Of a stretch of 64,000 nt of DNA, positions 1-8,762 are shown in pieces. The notes under the pieces are model-generated. The model was given only the letters and a program-made list of their open reading frames with translations. It did not search any database and was not told the DNA's origin. The stretch spans positions 6,222 through 70,221 of the forward strand of contig CAYNYK010000003.1 in assembly GCA_964401335.1 (NCBI GenBank). The letters run 5' to 3'. How positions within the stretch are numbered: the stretch's first letter is position 1; each line of letters opens with the position of its first letter. Position numbers and translations under genes: made by a program. The DNA comes from an uncultured Planctomycetales bacterium. GTDB lineage: Bacteria > Planctomycetota > Phycisphaerae > UBA1845 > PWPN01.

Positions 1-356
1 AACTGAACGTCAATCGGGTGCGGGCCGGCTCGCTGCTCGGCCAGGTGATGAATTTCGCGCGTAGCGGTGTACGCAGCTTTACCGCGGTCGACGCGGCGCG
101 TACTCAGTATCCGGCCGTTGGTGTTTATGCCATGGCTCTGGAAGGTGGTCGTCCATCTTTTGAGCTCATTTACCTTAATGAGATCGAGCGGATCGGCGGA
201 CGCTTGCCGAAGTTGGAACGCATTAATGAAGACAATCTCCAAAACGACGACGTTTATTGTTTCCTTTTCCTCGTGCCGTCCGGCACGAAAATCACGGGAA
301 TGAATGTCGGTAATAAATTTCTGGACATGAGTCAGGATAATCTCGTGGCCCCTTAG
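1..356 (+). CDS. C-terminal fragment of an unidentified protein (5' end outside the window)
   Basis: Frame 3 is open from the window edge to TAG 354-356. I recognise no motif in the 112+ aa. Confidence 0.4.
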   Translation, partial: LNVNRVRAGSLLGQVMNFARSGVRSFTAVDAARTQYPAVGVYAMALEGGRPSFELIYLNEIERIGGRLPKLERINEDNLQNDDVYCFLFLVPSGTKITGMNVGNKFLDMSQDNLVAP

Positions 357-386
357 TCGGCCTCGATACCTCAATGGAGTCATTTT

Positions 387-875
387 ATGCCTGGAAAAAC
401 CACCACCAGCGCGATGCCCCTGATTATCGGAGGCGTCATCCTGATCGCGATTGCGGGCGTTTCGGTTTATTTCGCGTATCGACCTGCCACCTCGTCGTCA
501 AGCACCGCTCTGTATCCCGGCTGGCCGGTGAGCGGCGAACCGATCACGACACCTTCCGGGCTGAAGTATTACGATATCACCGTGGGCACGGGTAAAAATC
601 CGGCCCGCCCAACCAGCCAGGCCCGGGTCCATTACACCGGTTATCTGCTCAACGGCAAAAAGTTCGATAGCTCCGCCGACAGCGGTGGTCCGCAAACCTT
701 CGCGTTAAACCAGGTCGTTCCGGGCTTTTCGGAAGGCTTGACGAGCATGAAGGTCGGCGGCAAGCGTAAGCTGATCATCCCCCCTAACCTTGGTTACGGA
801 ACCCAAGCGCAACCCGGCATACCACCTAATTCAACTCTCGTCTTCGATATCGAGCTACTGGCGGTGATCGATTAG
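387..875 (+). CDS. FKBP-type peptidyl-prolyl cis-trans isomerase, membrane-anchored
   Basis: GGAG lies 8 nt upstream of the ATG. An N-terminal hydrophobic helix is followed by a typical FKBP core (GLKYYDITVGTG...VHYTGYLLNGKKFDSS...VVPGFSEGLTSMKVGGKRKLIIPPNLGYG...PPNSTLVFDIELL). Confidence 0.9.
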   Translation: MPGKTTTSAMPLIIGGVILIAIAGVSVYFAYRPATSSSSTALYPGWPVSGEPITTPSGLKYYDITVGTGKNPARPTSQARVHYTGYLLNGKKFDSSADSGGPQTFALNQVVPGFSEGLTSMKVGGKRKLIIPPNLGYGTQAQPGIPPNSTLVFDIELLAVID

Positions 876-995
876 ACCGGCATTGAAATCACATCCGACC
901 CGAGTGATCCTATTCCGCCCTGTCGCCGGTATCCCGCCCATTTGTTAGAATATATAGGGCACATACGGTAAAATAGCATATAGGAGCTGATCACG

Positions 996-1229
996 ATGCA
1001 ACCCGGCCTGACACGAATAACCTTTGACCCCAAGATCATGGGTGGTAAGCCATGCATTCGAGGTTTGCGGGTAACGGTTGGAATGATCATCGGCCTGTTA
1101 GCCGAAGGTCATAACACGCAACAAATTCTGAAGGCTTATCCCTATCTTGAACCCGAGGATATCCAAGAAGCCTTGGCCTATGCCGCCTGGCGGGTCGAAG
1201 AAGCAGATTTACCCATAACAGTCTCATGA
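996..1229 (+). CDS. DUF433-like small protein (antitoxin-like partner)
   Basis: 77 aa with the DUF433-style core ITFDPKIMGGKPCIRGLRVTVGMIIGLLAEGHNTQQILKAYPYLEPEDIQEAL. AGGAG sits upstream and there is an ATGA overlap with the next ORF. Confidence 0.75.
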   Translation: MQPGLTRITFDPKIMGGKPCIRGLRVTVGMIIGLLAEGHNTQQILKAYPYLEPEDIQEALAYAAWRVEEADLPITVS

Positions 1230-1593
1230 AAATTCTTGTCGATATGAATCTGACACCATTGTGGTGCCCTTTACTCAACCATCATGGCTGGGAAGCGGTG
1301 CATTGGTCTTCGGTTGGAGACCCCCCGCTACCGATCAGGAAATCATGGAGTGGGCAAGGGTCCATTCCTTCGTTCTTTTTACCCATGATCTTGATTTCGG
1401 TACGATATTGGCTATTACCCATTCAGATGGTCCCAGTGTTATTCAGATGCGTACTCATAAGGTTCTACCGGCATCTTCGGAAGATATACTCATCCACCTT
1501 CTTCATCGATTTGAATCGCAACTTGAGCAAGGAAGTTTAATTGTAGTGGATGATGCCAAGGCCCGTATTCGCGTCCTACCCCTGCGAAAGTGA
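1226..1593 (+). pseudogene. DUF5615-like (PIN-like) toxin partner, frame broken at a C6 run
   Basis: The N-terminus MKILVDMNLTP...HWSSVGD is in frame 2 and the rest ATDQEIMEWARVHSFVLFTHDLDFGTIL...VVDDAKARIRVLP is in frame 1. The frames switch at CCCCCC 1321-1326, and one extra C would fuse them. Confidence 0.7.
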
Positions 1594-1641
1594 TTATCCC
1601 GCACGGTTTTGTGTGCCACAAAGGCATAGACCCATCGGTGA

Positions 1642-2412
1642 CTACACCGTCAAGATTTCCCCGACTTCATAACGCGAGGCGACAAGCAGGGGCAGTTCCC
1701 GGCCGACACGCTGCCGGTGGGTTTCCAGAGCCAGACGGGGATCGTTGTTCTCCTCGCTGAGATGAGCCAGGGCGGCCCATTGCAGACGCCGCCCGCAGCC
1801 GCGCAATAGATCGGCCGCCTCCAGATTGGACAAGTGCCCGTGCGGTCCGCGAATTCGCTGTTTCAGCGGCCAGGGATAAGAGCCCGTTTCCAGCATTTCC
1901 GGATCGTAATTACTCTCCAGGAAAACGGCGTCAAGCGTGCCCAGCAGATCGCGCAACCCGCGAAACGGATGCCCCAGGTCCGTGAAGATACCCAGCCGCT
2001 TGCCGCCGTGCTCAACGATGAAGGCCACTCCGTCGGCGGCGTCGTGAGCGGTGGGGATGGTATGCACGGCCACATCGCCGAAACGCAACACCCCGCCGGA
2101 ATGAAAGTAACGCACGTCCCGAATCGGTCCCAGCGCGCAGTATGTCGCCTCCTGCGTCCGCCGGGTCAGATGGATCGGCAGATGATACTTACGCTGGTAA
2201 ATACCCGCGCAGCGGATGTGATCGCTATGGTCGTGCGAGATAAGCAGGGCATCCACCTGCCGGATATCACGCTGATGCACGCGCAAACGCCCTTCGGCCT
2301 GCGCGCCGGATATGCCCGCGTCAAACAGCAGGCGCACCCCATCGGCCTCGACATAAATCGCGTTGCCGTTGGAACCGCTTTGCAACGAGATACAGATCAT
2401 GCTATCCATCAT
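1642..2412 (-). CDS. MBL-fold metallo-hydrolase
   Basis: Contains the HxHxDH motif (LISHDHSDHIRCAG) and the N-terminal beta-lactamase-fold start MICISLQSGSNGNAIYVEADGVRLLFDAG. The start is ambiguous (ATG at 2412, 2409 or 2400); the 2505 extension is unlikely. Confidence 0.8.
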   Translation of the reverse strand: MMDSMICISLQSGSNGNAIYVEADGVRLLFDAGISGAQAEGRLRVHQRDIRQVDALLISHDHSDHIRCAGIYQRKYHLPIHLTRRTQEATYCALGPIRDVRYFHSGGVLRFGDVAVHTIPTAHDAADGVAFIVEHGGKRLGIFTDLGHPFRGLRDLLGTLDAVFLESNYDPEMLETGSYPWPLKQRIRGPHGHLSNLEAADLLRGCGRRLQWAALAHLSEENNDPRLALETHRQRVGRELPLLVASRYEVGEILTV

Positions 2413-2632
2413 AGCTTTGTGGACGAACCACGCCAACCAATAATCAGGTGAAGGCCGAAATGCGCGAGCGAGGATGCAATAACGCCTTATTACGCGATTT
2501 TTCACGGTTTCTTAACAGAATTCGGACATTCCTTTTCTGGACACAAAGAAAGAGGTTTCATACGATAATCACCTTTCGCCCGGCAACGGCGTCGGGCCGT
2601 CCTTGGAGTTTTTTTCGTAACAGGGTAGGCCA

Positions 2633-4063
2633 ATGAACACTGGAATCTTGCGATCTCCGCGCCAGGCAACCACGGGCGTCCTCTGGATTCTGCTTCTGAC
2701 TTTCGCTATCCATCCCGCCTTTGGCAACAACGAGACTTCCTTTAACTATGGAAAGCTCGAGTCCGGCGAAGGGAGCACGGCGTTTTATCAACCCTCGGCC
2801 ACCTCCGAGCCTCTGGCCAATCCTCCCGGCGACGTGGTCCGCAATGTGATCCTGATGATCGGAGACGGCATGGGCACACCTCAGGTTTTCCTGAGCAGAT
2901 TAGCCGCCTGCGGAGTGGATGGCCGCCTGTATATGGAGCGCCTTCCGGTGGCTGGGTTGGTTTTCACCCAATCCGCAAGCGCGCTGGTCACGGATTCGGC
3001 GGCCGGCGGCACGGCCTTGGCCTGCGGGATACGAACCGCTAATGGAATGCTCGGGGTAACGCCGGATGGAAAAGTCCATCAAAATATCTTCGAAGCCGCG
3101 GCGGACAAAGGAATGAAAACCGGATTGGTGGTCACCTGCACCGTTACACACGCTACCCCGGCCTCGTTCGCCAGCCATGTTGACACGAGAAAAGCGGAGC
3201 CGATTATCGCGTCGCAGATGCTGGCCCGAAAGATCAACGTTATCCTGGGAGGTGGGCGGCAGTTCTGGGAGCCGCAGTCCGTTGAGGGCAGCGAGCGCAA
3301 AGACGATGTGGACCTCTTGAAACGCGCTAAGGAGCTGGGGTACCTGTTCGTGGAGAATCGCGACCAGCTATCCGCGGCGCAGGGACAATATGTTTTAGGA
3401 TTGTTCCAGAAAGGGCCGTTGACCACGGATAATCCGGCGGAACAACTTACCGAGAAAGGGGTCGTTCCGGTTTCGCCCGACACTACCCGTACGTCAGGCA
3501 ACACCGATACCGCGGCGGCCGTGGAGAGCACCGGGGAGCAAAATCGTCATCCCTCTTCGGTATCACCATCCCAATCCCTTGAGCCAACCCTCGAGGCAAT
3601 GACTCGAAAAGCTATTGAGCTCTTGAATGCGAAAAACCAGAACGGCTTCATCCTCATGGTGGAAGGCAGTCAAATCGATTGGGCCTGTCATGGGAATGAC
3701 GTTGCGAACTGCGTGAGACAGACCTTGCTTTTTGATATGGCGGTCAAGGCCGCCGTGGATTTCGCCATGGCCGACGGACATACGCTTGTTCTGGTCACCG
3801 CCGATCACGAAACCGGCGGGCTGACCATCACGCAGGACAAAAAGGGGAACCCGCAACCGATGTGGAGTACCGACGGCCATTCGGCGGCACCGGTGCCGAT
3901 CTTTGCCTTCGGCCCCGGGTCATTGGATTTTGGCGGGACGATGGATAATGTCGCCATACCCCGCAAGCTGGCCGGACTCTTGAAGATCACTGCGTTTCCC
4001 AAGGAACTGCCCTCCTCGGCGGGTGTTTTCACGTCGAAAACTCCGACGGCCGCACCTCAATAA
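2633..4063 (+). CDS. Alkaline phosphatase (PhoA family), secreted
   Basis: Signal peptide, then GDGMG, the active-site VTDSAAGGTALACG, THATPASFASH, EGSQIDWACHGND and VTADHETGG motifs. Confidence 0.9.
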   Translation: MNTGILRSPRQATTGVLWILLLTFAIHPAFGNNETSFNYGKLESGEGSTAFYQPSATSEPLANPPGDVVRNVILMIGDGMGTPQVFLSRLAACGVDGRLYMERLPVAGLVFTQSASALVTDSAAGGTALACGIRTANGMLGVTPDGKVHQNIFEAAADKGMKTGLVVTCTVTHATPASFASHVDTRKAEPIIASQMLARKINVILGGGRQFWEPQSVEGSERKDDVDLLKRAKELGYLFVENRDQLSAAQGQYVLGLFQKGPLTTDNPAEQLTEKGVVPVSPDTTRTSGNTDTAAAVESTGEQNRHPSSVSPSQSLEPTLEAMTRKAIELLNAKNQNGFILMVEGSQIDWACHGNDVANCVRQTLLFDMAVKAAVDFAMADGHTLVLVTADHETGGLTITQDKKGNPQPMWSTDGHSAAPVPIFAFGPGSLDFGGTMDNVAIPRKLAGLLKITAFPKELPSSAGVFTSKTPTAAPQ

Positions 4064-4433
4064 TCTACGGCTTCCATATCGGATAGGCCCGTTGAAAGTG
4101 CTCGGGACTACGGAGAGATGGAAATCGATGGATGCCACGGCCATCCGGCCGTAGAACGACCGGTCTATCTGTTCGCCCGTGGCAGGAAAACCCCCATGAT
4201 GGAGATGATTCATTCGCGACGGTCGTGCTCCAGCCGCCGTTTCCGTCAAGGACCTCATGCAACCCCATCTGTTTTTACCAGTTGGTCAACGCCTCGGCTT
4301 TGTAGTATGTTGTCATGGATAGACCATCGCGAGTGCGGACGATTCAATAGCTCGCGTAGATGTATAATCATGCTTGGTCGGCTTGTTGCTCAAGCCTTTA
4401 CAGCGGTCTCGCCCACTGAAAGAGGAATGACCA

Positions 4434-5924
4434 ATGAAACGGTACACCGCTTTCTCGATGCTGGCGATCGGCATTTTCTGCTCCTTTGCCGCGGCCGAGC
4501 AGAAGGTGGAAATCAAGCCCAATATCGTCTTCATTCTCGCGGACGATTTGGGGTGGAGCGATACCTCGGTCTATGGAAGCACCTATTATAAAACTCCGAA
4601 TATTGACCGACTGGCGCAAAACGGCCTGCGTTTTACGAATGCTTACGCGGCCAACCCGTTGTGCTCGCCGACCCGGGTGAGCATCATGACCGGGCTCTAT
4701 CCGGGCCGCATCGGAATCACCGCGCCGGCCTGCCATGAACCGGCGGAAAGGCTGGAGGCGCGGCTGGCGGCCAAAGCTAACCCCAAACAAAAAGTGATCA
4801 TCCCCACCAGCGCAACACGCTTGCCAACCACTTACCCGACGCTGGCCAAGACCCTGCGGGAGGCCGGCTACGTCACCGGGCACTTCGGCAAATGGCACCT
4901 GGGCCGCACGCCGTACAGCCCCCTGGAACACGGCTTCGATGTCGATATTCCGCACTATCCCGGTCCCGGCCCCGCCGGAAGTTACCTGGGACCGTGGAAA
5001 TTTCCGCCGGCCTTGAAGTTCACGGGAGAGGTCGGCGAACATATTGAAGACCGCATGGCTCGCGAAGCCGTCGATTTCATTCGGGCCAATAAGGACAAGC
5101 CTTTTTATCTCAATTATTGGGCGTTTTCGGTGCATGGGCCGTGGGACGCCAAGGAAGATCTCGTTCGAAAATACCGGGATAACGCTGATCCCACGTCGCC
5201 GCAGCGCAATCCCGTCTATGCGGCCATGGTCCACAGTCTCGACGATGCGGTCGGCACGCTGGTCAAAACGCTCGACGAATTGAAGCTCACCGAGCGTACC
5301 ATCATCATCTTTTTCTCCGACAACGGTGGAGTCCACTGGCTCGATGAGCGCATGAAAGAACAGTTCAAACTTGAAACGCCTCCCACCAGCAACGCACCGC
5401 TGCGGGGTGGCAAGGCCACGTTGTATGAAGGCGGCACACGCGAGCCGTGCATCGTCGTCTGGCCCGGCCGTACAAAGCCTGGTTCAACCACCGCCGCCCT
5501 GCTGAGCAGTGTGGATTTTTACCCCACGCTGCTGGAAATGGTCGGCGTGAAAGCCAGGGAGGGACAAAAATTCGATGGCGTCAGTCAGGTGCCGGCCTTC
5601 CTGGGCACCGATACGCCCCGAAAAATGGCGTTTTGTTTCTTCCCGCACAACATACTGGCAACCGGCAGCCTCCCCGGTGTTTGGGTTCGCCAAGGCAAAT
5701 GGAAGCTGATCCGCTTCTTCCATGACAATTCTGATCAGAGTCATCGCTACGAACTCTACGACCTGGAAAAGGACATCGGTGAAAACCAAAACCTGGCCGA
5801 GCAGAAACCGGAGGTCGTCCGCGAACTGGACGCCCTCATCACGCAACATCTTGAGGAGACCAAAGCGCTGCTTCCGAAACCGAATCCGGCATACGTCAAA
5901 GCAACCGCCAGCGCGCCGCGGTAG
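4434..5924 (+). CDS. Sulfatase (arylsulfatase family, formylglycine type)
   Basis: Signal peptide, then NIVFILADDLGWSD and the C-x-P-x-R FGly motif (LCSPTRVSIMTG). An AGAGGA RBS is present. Confidence 0.9.
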   Translation: MKRYTAFSMLAIGIFCSFAAAEQKVEIKPNIVFILADDLGWSDTSVYGSTYYKTPNIDRLAQNGLRFTNAYAANPLCSPTRVSIMTGLYPGRIGITAPACHEPAERLEARLAAKANPKQKVIIPTSATRLPTTYPTLAKTLREAGYVTGHFGKWHLGRTPYSPLEHGFDVDIPHYPGPGPAGSYLGPWKFPPALKFTGEVGEHIEDRMAREAVDFIRANKDKPFYLNYWAFSVHGPWDAKEDLVRKYRDNADPTSPQRNPVYAAMVHSLDDAVGTLVKTLDELKLTERTIIIFFSDNGGVHWLDERMKEQFKLETPPTSNAPLRGGKATLYEGGTREPCIVVWPGRTKPGSTTAALLSSVDFYPTLLEMVGVKAREGQKFDGVSQVPAFLGTDTPRKMAFCFFPHNILATGSLPGVWVRQGKWKLIRFFHDNSDQSHRYELYDLEKDIGENQNLAEQKPEVVRELDALITQHLEETKALLPKPNPAYVKATASAPR

Positions 5925-6038
5925 CTGACGTATCTATCCGTTTCAGAAAATTTTGTAATTCATTTGCCAAACCCCATTATCAAGCCAACAATCCCGATAC
6001 CGGGAGCGGTTGCCGGGATTTCCCAGCGCGATAGGTGG

Positions 6039-6821
6039 ATGATGAAACTATTGGAAGGACATTGCGGGCTTATTATGGGTTTGGCCAACGAGCGGTCGCT
6101 GGCCTGGCATATCGCCCGCCACCTGATGGAACAGGGGGCCGTCTGCGGTTTCTCCTGCCTGCCGGGCGAAAAAATGGAACGACGGGCCCGCCGTACCCTG
6201 GAGGACAGAGGAATCCGTGAGCCCTGGCTGGTTCCCTGCGATGTGCGTCGGGATGAAGAGCTGGAAGCTTTTTTCGACGCAGCCCGCGAACGATTTGGCA
6301 AAATCCGTTTCGTGGTACATTCCCTGGCCTACGCCAATCGCGACTATCTACAACTGGGCCGATTTCTGGACACCCCTCGCGAGGTGTTCGCCGAGGCCTG
6401 CGATATCAGCGCGTATTCGCTGATCCCGGTAGCCCGCCATGCCCGTGATTTGATGCCCGACGGCGGCGCGATCCTGGCCTTGAGTTATTACGGTGCGGAG
6501 AAAGTGATCCCCGGTTACAACGTCATGGGCGTGGCCAAGGCGGCCCTGGAATGTACCTGCCGCTATCTGGCCGCCGAACTCGGTCGACGCAATATACGCG
6601 TGAACACCCTGTCGGCCGGCCCGATCCGCACCCTCTCGGCGATGGCCGTCGAGGGACTTGAAGGCATGCTCGCCTGGGTCGAGAAAAAAGCCCCCTTGCA
6701 GCGAAACATTGTAGCCGACGACGTCGGCCGATCGGCCGTGTATCTGCTCAGCGATCTGGCCAGCGGCGTGACCGGCGAAAATATTCACGTCGATGCGGGC
6801 TTCAGCACGGTGGGATTATAG
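6039..6821 (+). CDS. fabI: Enoyl-[acyl-carrier-protein] reductase (NADH)
   Basis: SDR fold with FabI-specific strings (GLANERSLAW, SLAYANRD, YNVMGVAKAALE, RVNTLSAGPIRTLS, GENIHVDAGF). The start is taken at ATG 6039 (MMKLLEG); the track ORF begins further upstream. Confidence 0.9.
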   Translation: MMKLLEGHCGLIMGLANERSLAWHIARHLMEQGAVCGFSCLPGEKMERRARRTLEDRGIREPWLVPCDVRRDEELEAFFDAARERFGKIRFVVHSLAYANRDYLQLGRFLDTPREVFAEACDISAYSLIPVARHARDLMPDGGAILALSYYGAEKVIPGYNVMGVAKAALECTCRYLAAELGRRNIRVNTLSAGPIRTLSAMAVEGLEGMLAWVEKKAPLQRNIVADDVGRSAVYLLSDLASGVTGENIHVDAGFSTVGL

Positions 6822-6868
6822 ATATTCACACGACAAACAATGTGTGTTTGGGATGCAGCGGTTTTTAC

Positions 6869-6896
6869 TTGACATTCCCAGTCAGGGCCATATAAA
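6869..6896 (+). promoter_or_regulatory. Sigma-70-type promoter of the encapsulin operon
   Basis: TTGACA (6869-6874), a 16-nt spacer, then TATAAA (6891-6896), about 55 nt upstream of the EncFtn ATG. Confidence 0.6.
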
Positions 6897-6951
6897 TAAG
6901 GGGCGTAGCGAACGTTTGGTCATTCTCAAAGGGAAAACACGAGGGATACCG

Positions 6952-7311
6952 ATGAGCTATCACGAGCCTTATGAAAACCTGTCGGCGTCGGTCCGCGAAG
7001 CGCATCGCGCTTTGTTGAGCCTGATCGAGGAACTCCAGGCCGTCGACTGGTACAACCAACGCGCGGATCAATCCACGGACGGGGAATTGAAGAAGATCTT
7101 GGAACATAACCGCGACGAGGAAATCGAGCACGCGGCCATGTGCCTCGAATGGCTGCGGCGGGAAATACCGGAATTCGACAGTGCCTTGCGCACGTATCTC
7201 TTCACCAACAAGTCCATCGTGGCCCTGGAGGAAGCGGGCGCCGGCGAAGAAAGCGCATCCGGCATGGGCAGCCTGAACATTGGCAAATTCAGAAAGGGAG
7301 CCGAACAATGA
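6952..7311 (+). CDS. Encapsulated ferritin-like cargo protein (EncFtn/Flp) with C-terminal targeting peptide
   Basis: GAGGGA RBS. The ferritin-like core is EELQAVDWYNQRADQSTDGELKKILEHNRDEEIEHAAMCLEWLRR, and the C-terminal GSLNIGKFRKG resembles the encapsulin cargo-loading peptide. Confidence 0.85.
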   Translation: MSYHEPYENLSASVREAHRALLSLIEELQAVDWYNQRADQSTDGELKKILEHNRDEEIEHAAMCLEWLRREIPEFDSALRTYLFTNKSIVALEEAGAGEESASGMGSLNIGKFRKGAEQ

Positions 7312-8111
7312 CCGATTTACTCAAACGCAATCTGGCCCCGATTACGGAAGCCGGCTGGCAGGAGATTGACGCGACGGCCGCCCGGGTGATCAAGACGCAG
7401 TTGTCCGCCCGCTCGGTGGTGGACTTCAGCGGCCCGCACGGCTGGGAACTGTCCGCGGTCAACCTCGGCCGGCTGGAAATCCCCAAGAAGAAAGGCGAAC
7501 CTCAGGTCCCCTGGGGGCTGCGCCAGGTGTTGCCGCTGGTGGAAACCCGTGCGCATTTTTCCCTCAACCAATGGGAAATCGACAATATTTCGCGCGGATG
7601 CAAGGACGCCGATCTGTCCGCTCTGGAAGAAACCGCCCGCCGGGCGGCCCTTTTCGAGGAGTCATCGGTCTACAATGGGTTTGCCGACGGGCATATTACA
7701 GGTCTGCTGCCCGCCTGCGGGCACAAGCCGATCAAGTTGCCCGCGAACGCCGAGCAATATCCGCAAGCCGTCGGCGAGGCCGTCAAAACTCTCGACCAAG
7801 CCGGGGTCGGTGGACCTTATGCTCTGGTGCTGGGCAGCAAGGCCTACTATCCGCTCAAGCAGAACCTCAACCACGGCTACCCCCTGGGCCGCGTTATCAA
7901 AGACCTGTTGCAGGGCGAGGTTCTTTGGAGCCCGGTTCTGGCCGGCGGGGTGGTACTCTCCACCCGTGGCGGAGACTTCGAGCTGGTCGTCGGCCAGGAT
8001 TTCTCCATCGGTTATGCCTGCCACAACAAATCGGAGGTTGAGTTATTCCTGACCGAATCGTTCACCTTCCGGGTCATCAACCCCGACGCGGCGATCGAGC
8101 TGAAAGCCTAA
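7308..8111 (+). CDS. Family 1 encapsulin shell protein (linocin M18-like, HK97 fold)
   Basis: Starts MTDLLKRNLAPITEAGWQEIDATAARV, the typical encapsulin N-terminus. The length is 267 aa and it has an ATGA overlap with the cargo gene. Confidence 0.9.
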   Translation: MTDLLKRNLAPITEAGWQEIDATAARVIKTQLSARSVVDFSGPHGWELSAVNLGRLEIPKKKGEPQVPWGLRQVLPLVETRAHFSLNQWEIDNISRGCKDADLSALEETARRAALFEESSVYNGFADGHITGLLPACGHKPIKLPANAEQYPQAVGEAVKTLDQAGVGGPYALVLGSKAYYPLKQNLNHGYPLGRVIKDLLQGEVLWSPVLAGGVVLSTRGGDFELVVGQDFSIGYACHNKSEVELFLTESFTFRVINPDAAIELKA

Positions 8112-8139
8112 CCCGCGCGGGCATCCAATGGGCTGATAC

Positions 8140-8172
8140 GGGCGTCCCGGCACACCGGGATGCCCGTTTTTT
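8140..8172 (+). terminator. Rho-independent terminator after the encapsulin gene
   Basis: GGGCGTCCCGG-CACA-CCGGGATGCCC stem (one G-U pair) followed by a T6 run. Confidence 0.75.
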
Positions 8173-8202
8173 ATCCCAGGCACCCCGAAATCGGGCAATC
8201 GG

Positions 8203-8208
8203 GTATAA
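8203..8208 (+). promoter_or_regulatory. -10 box (TATAAT) for rnpB
   Basis: A perfect TATAAT ends 7 nt before the first base of the P1 helix. I see no convincing -35. Confidence 0.5.
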
Positions 8209-8215
8209 TGATAAT

Positions 8216-8687
8216 GGCGGAGTGGGCGAGGCGATCGCTCGGCCGATCCGTCGGTCTGCCTTCGCCACGGAGATACGGCGGTATGGGAATAACAAATTCT
8301 CCGTGCCTCCGTGTCTCCGTGGTGAGCAGGTTGATTGATCGGCCGGGAGGAAAGTCCGAACTGGACAGGGCACGGTGGTCGCTAACGGCGACCCGGCGCG
8401 AGTCGAGGGAAAGTGCCACAGAAAACATACCGCCCTTGACCATCGGTCAGGGGTAAGGGTGAAAAGGTGCGGTAAGAGCGCACCGCGTCGCGGGTGACCG
8501 CGGCGGCAGGGCAAACCCCACCGCCAGCAAGCCCAAATAGGCAGCGAGAGGCGGCCCGTCTCGTTTGAGCTGCGGGTAGGGCGCTCGAGCGGTCGTGCAA
8601 ACGATCGCCTAGATGAATGATCGCCGCCCAAGCCCCGCGATGCGCGGGACAAGGGTAACAGAATTCGGCTTATTCGCTCACTCCGCC
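8216..8687 (+). ncRNA. rnpB: RNase P RNA, bacterial type A
   Basis: Conserved blocks are present: GGGAGGAAAGTCCGAAC, ACAGAAAACATACCGCC, GGGTAAGGGTGAAAAGGTGCGGTAAGAGCGCACCG, AGCAAGCCCAAATAGG, CTAGATGAATGATCGCC and ACAGAATTCGGCTTAT. P1 pairs GGCGGAGTGGGCGA with TCGCTCACTCCGCC and is followed by T6. Confidence 0.95.
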
Positions 8688-8762
8688 TTTTTTGTTGAAC
8701 CGCCCCCGCTTCTTGATATTTTTTCTTCGGGTCACTGTTGTCTCCGTGGTGCAAACAGCCGC

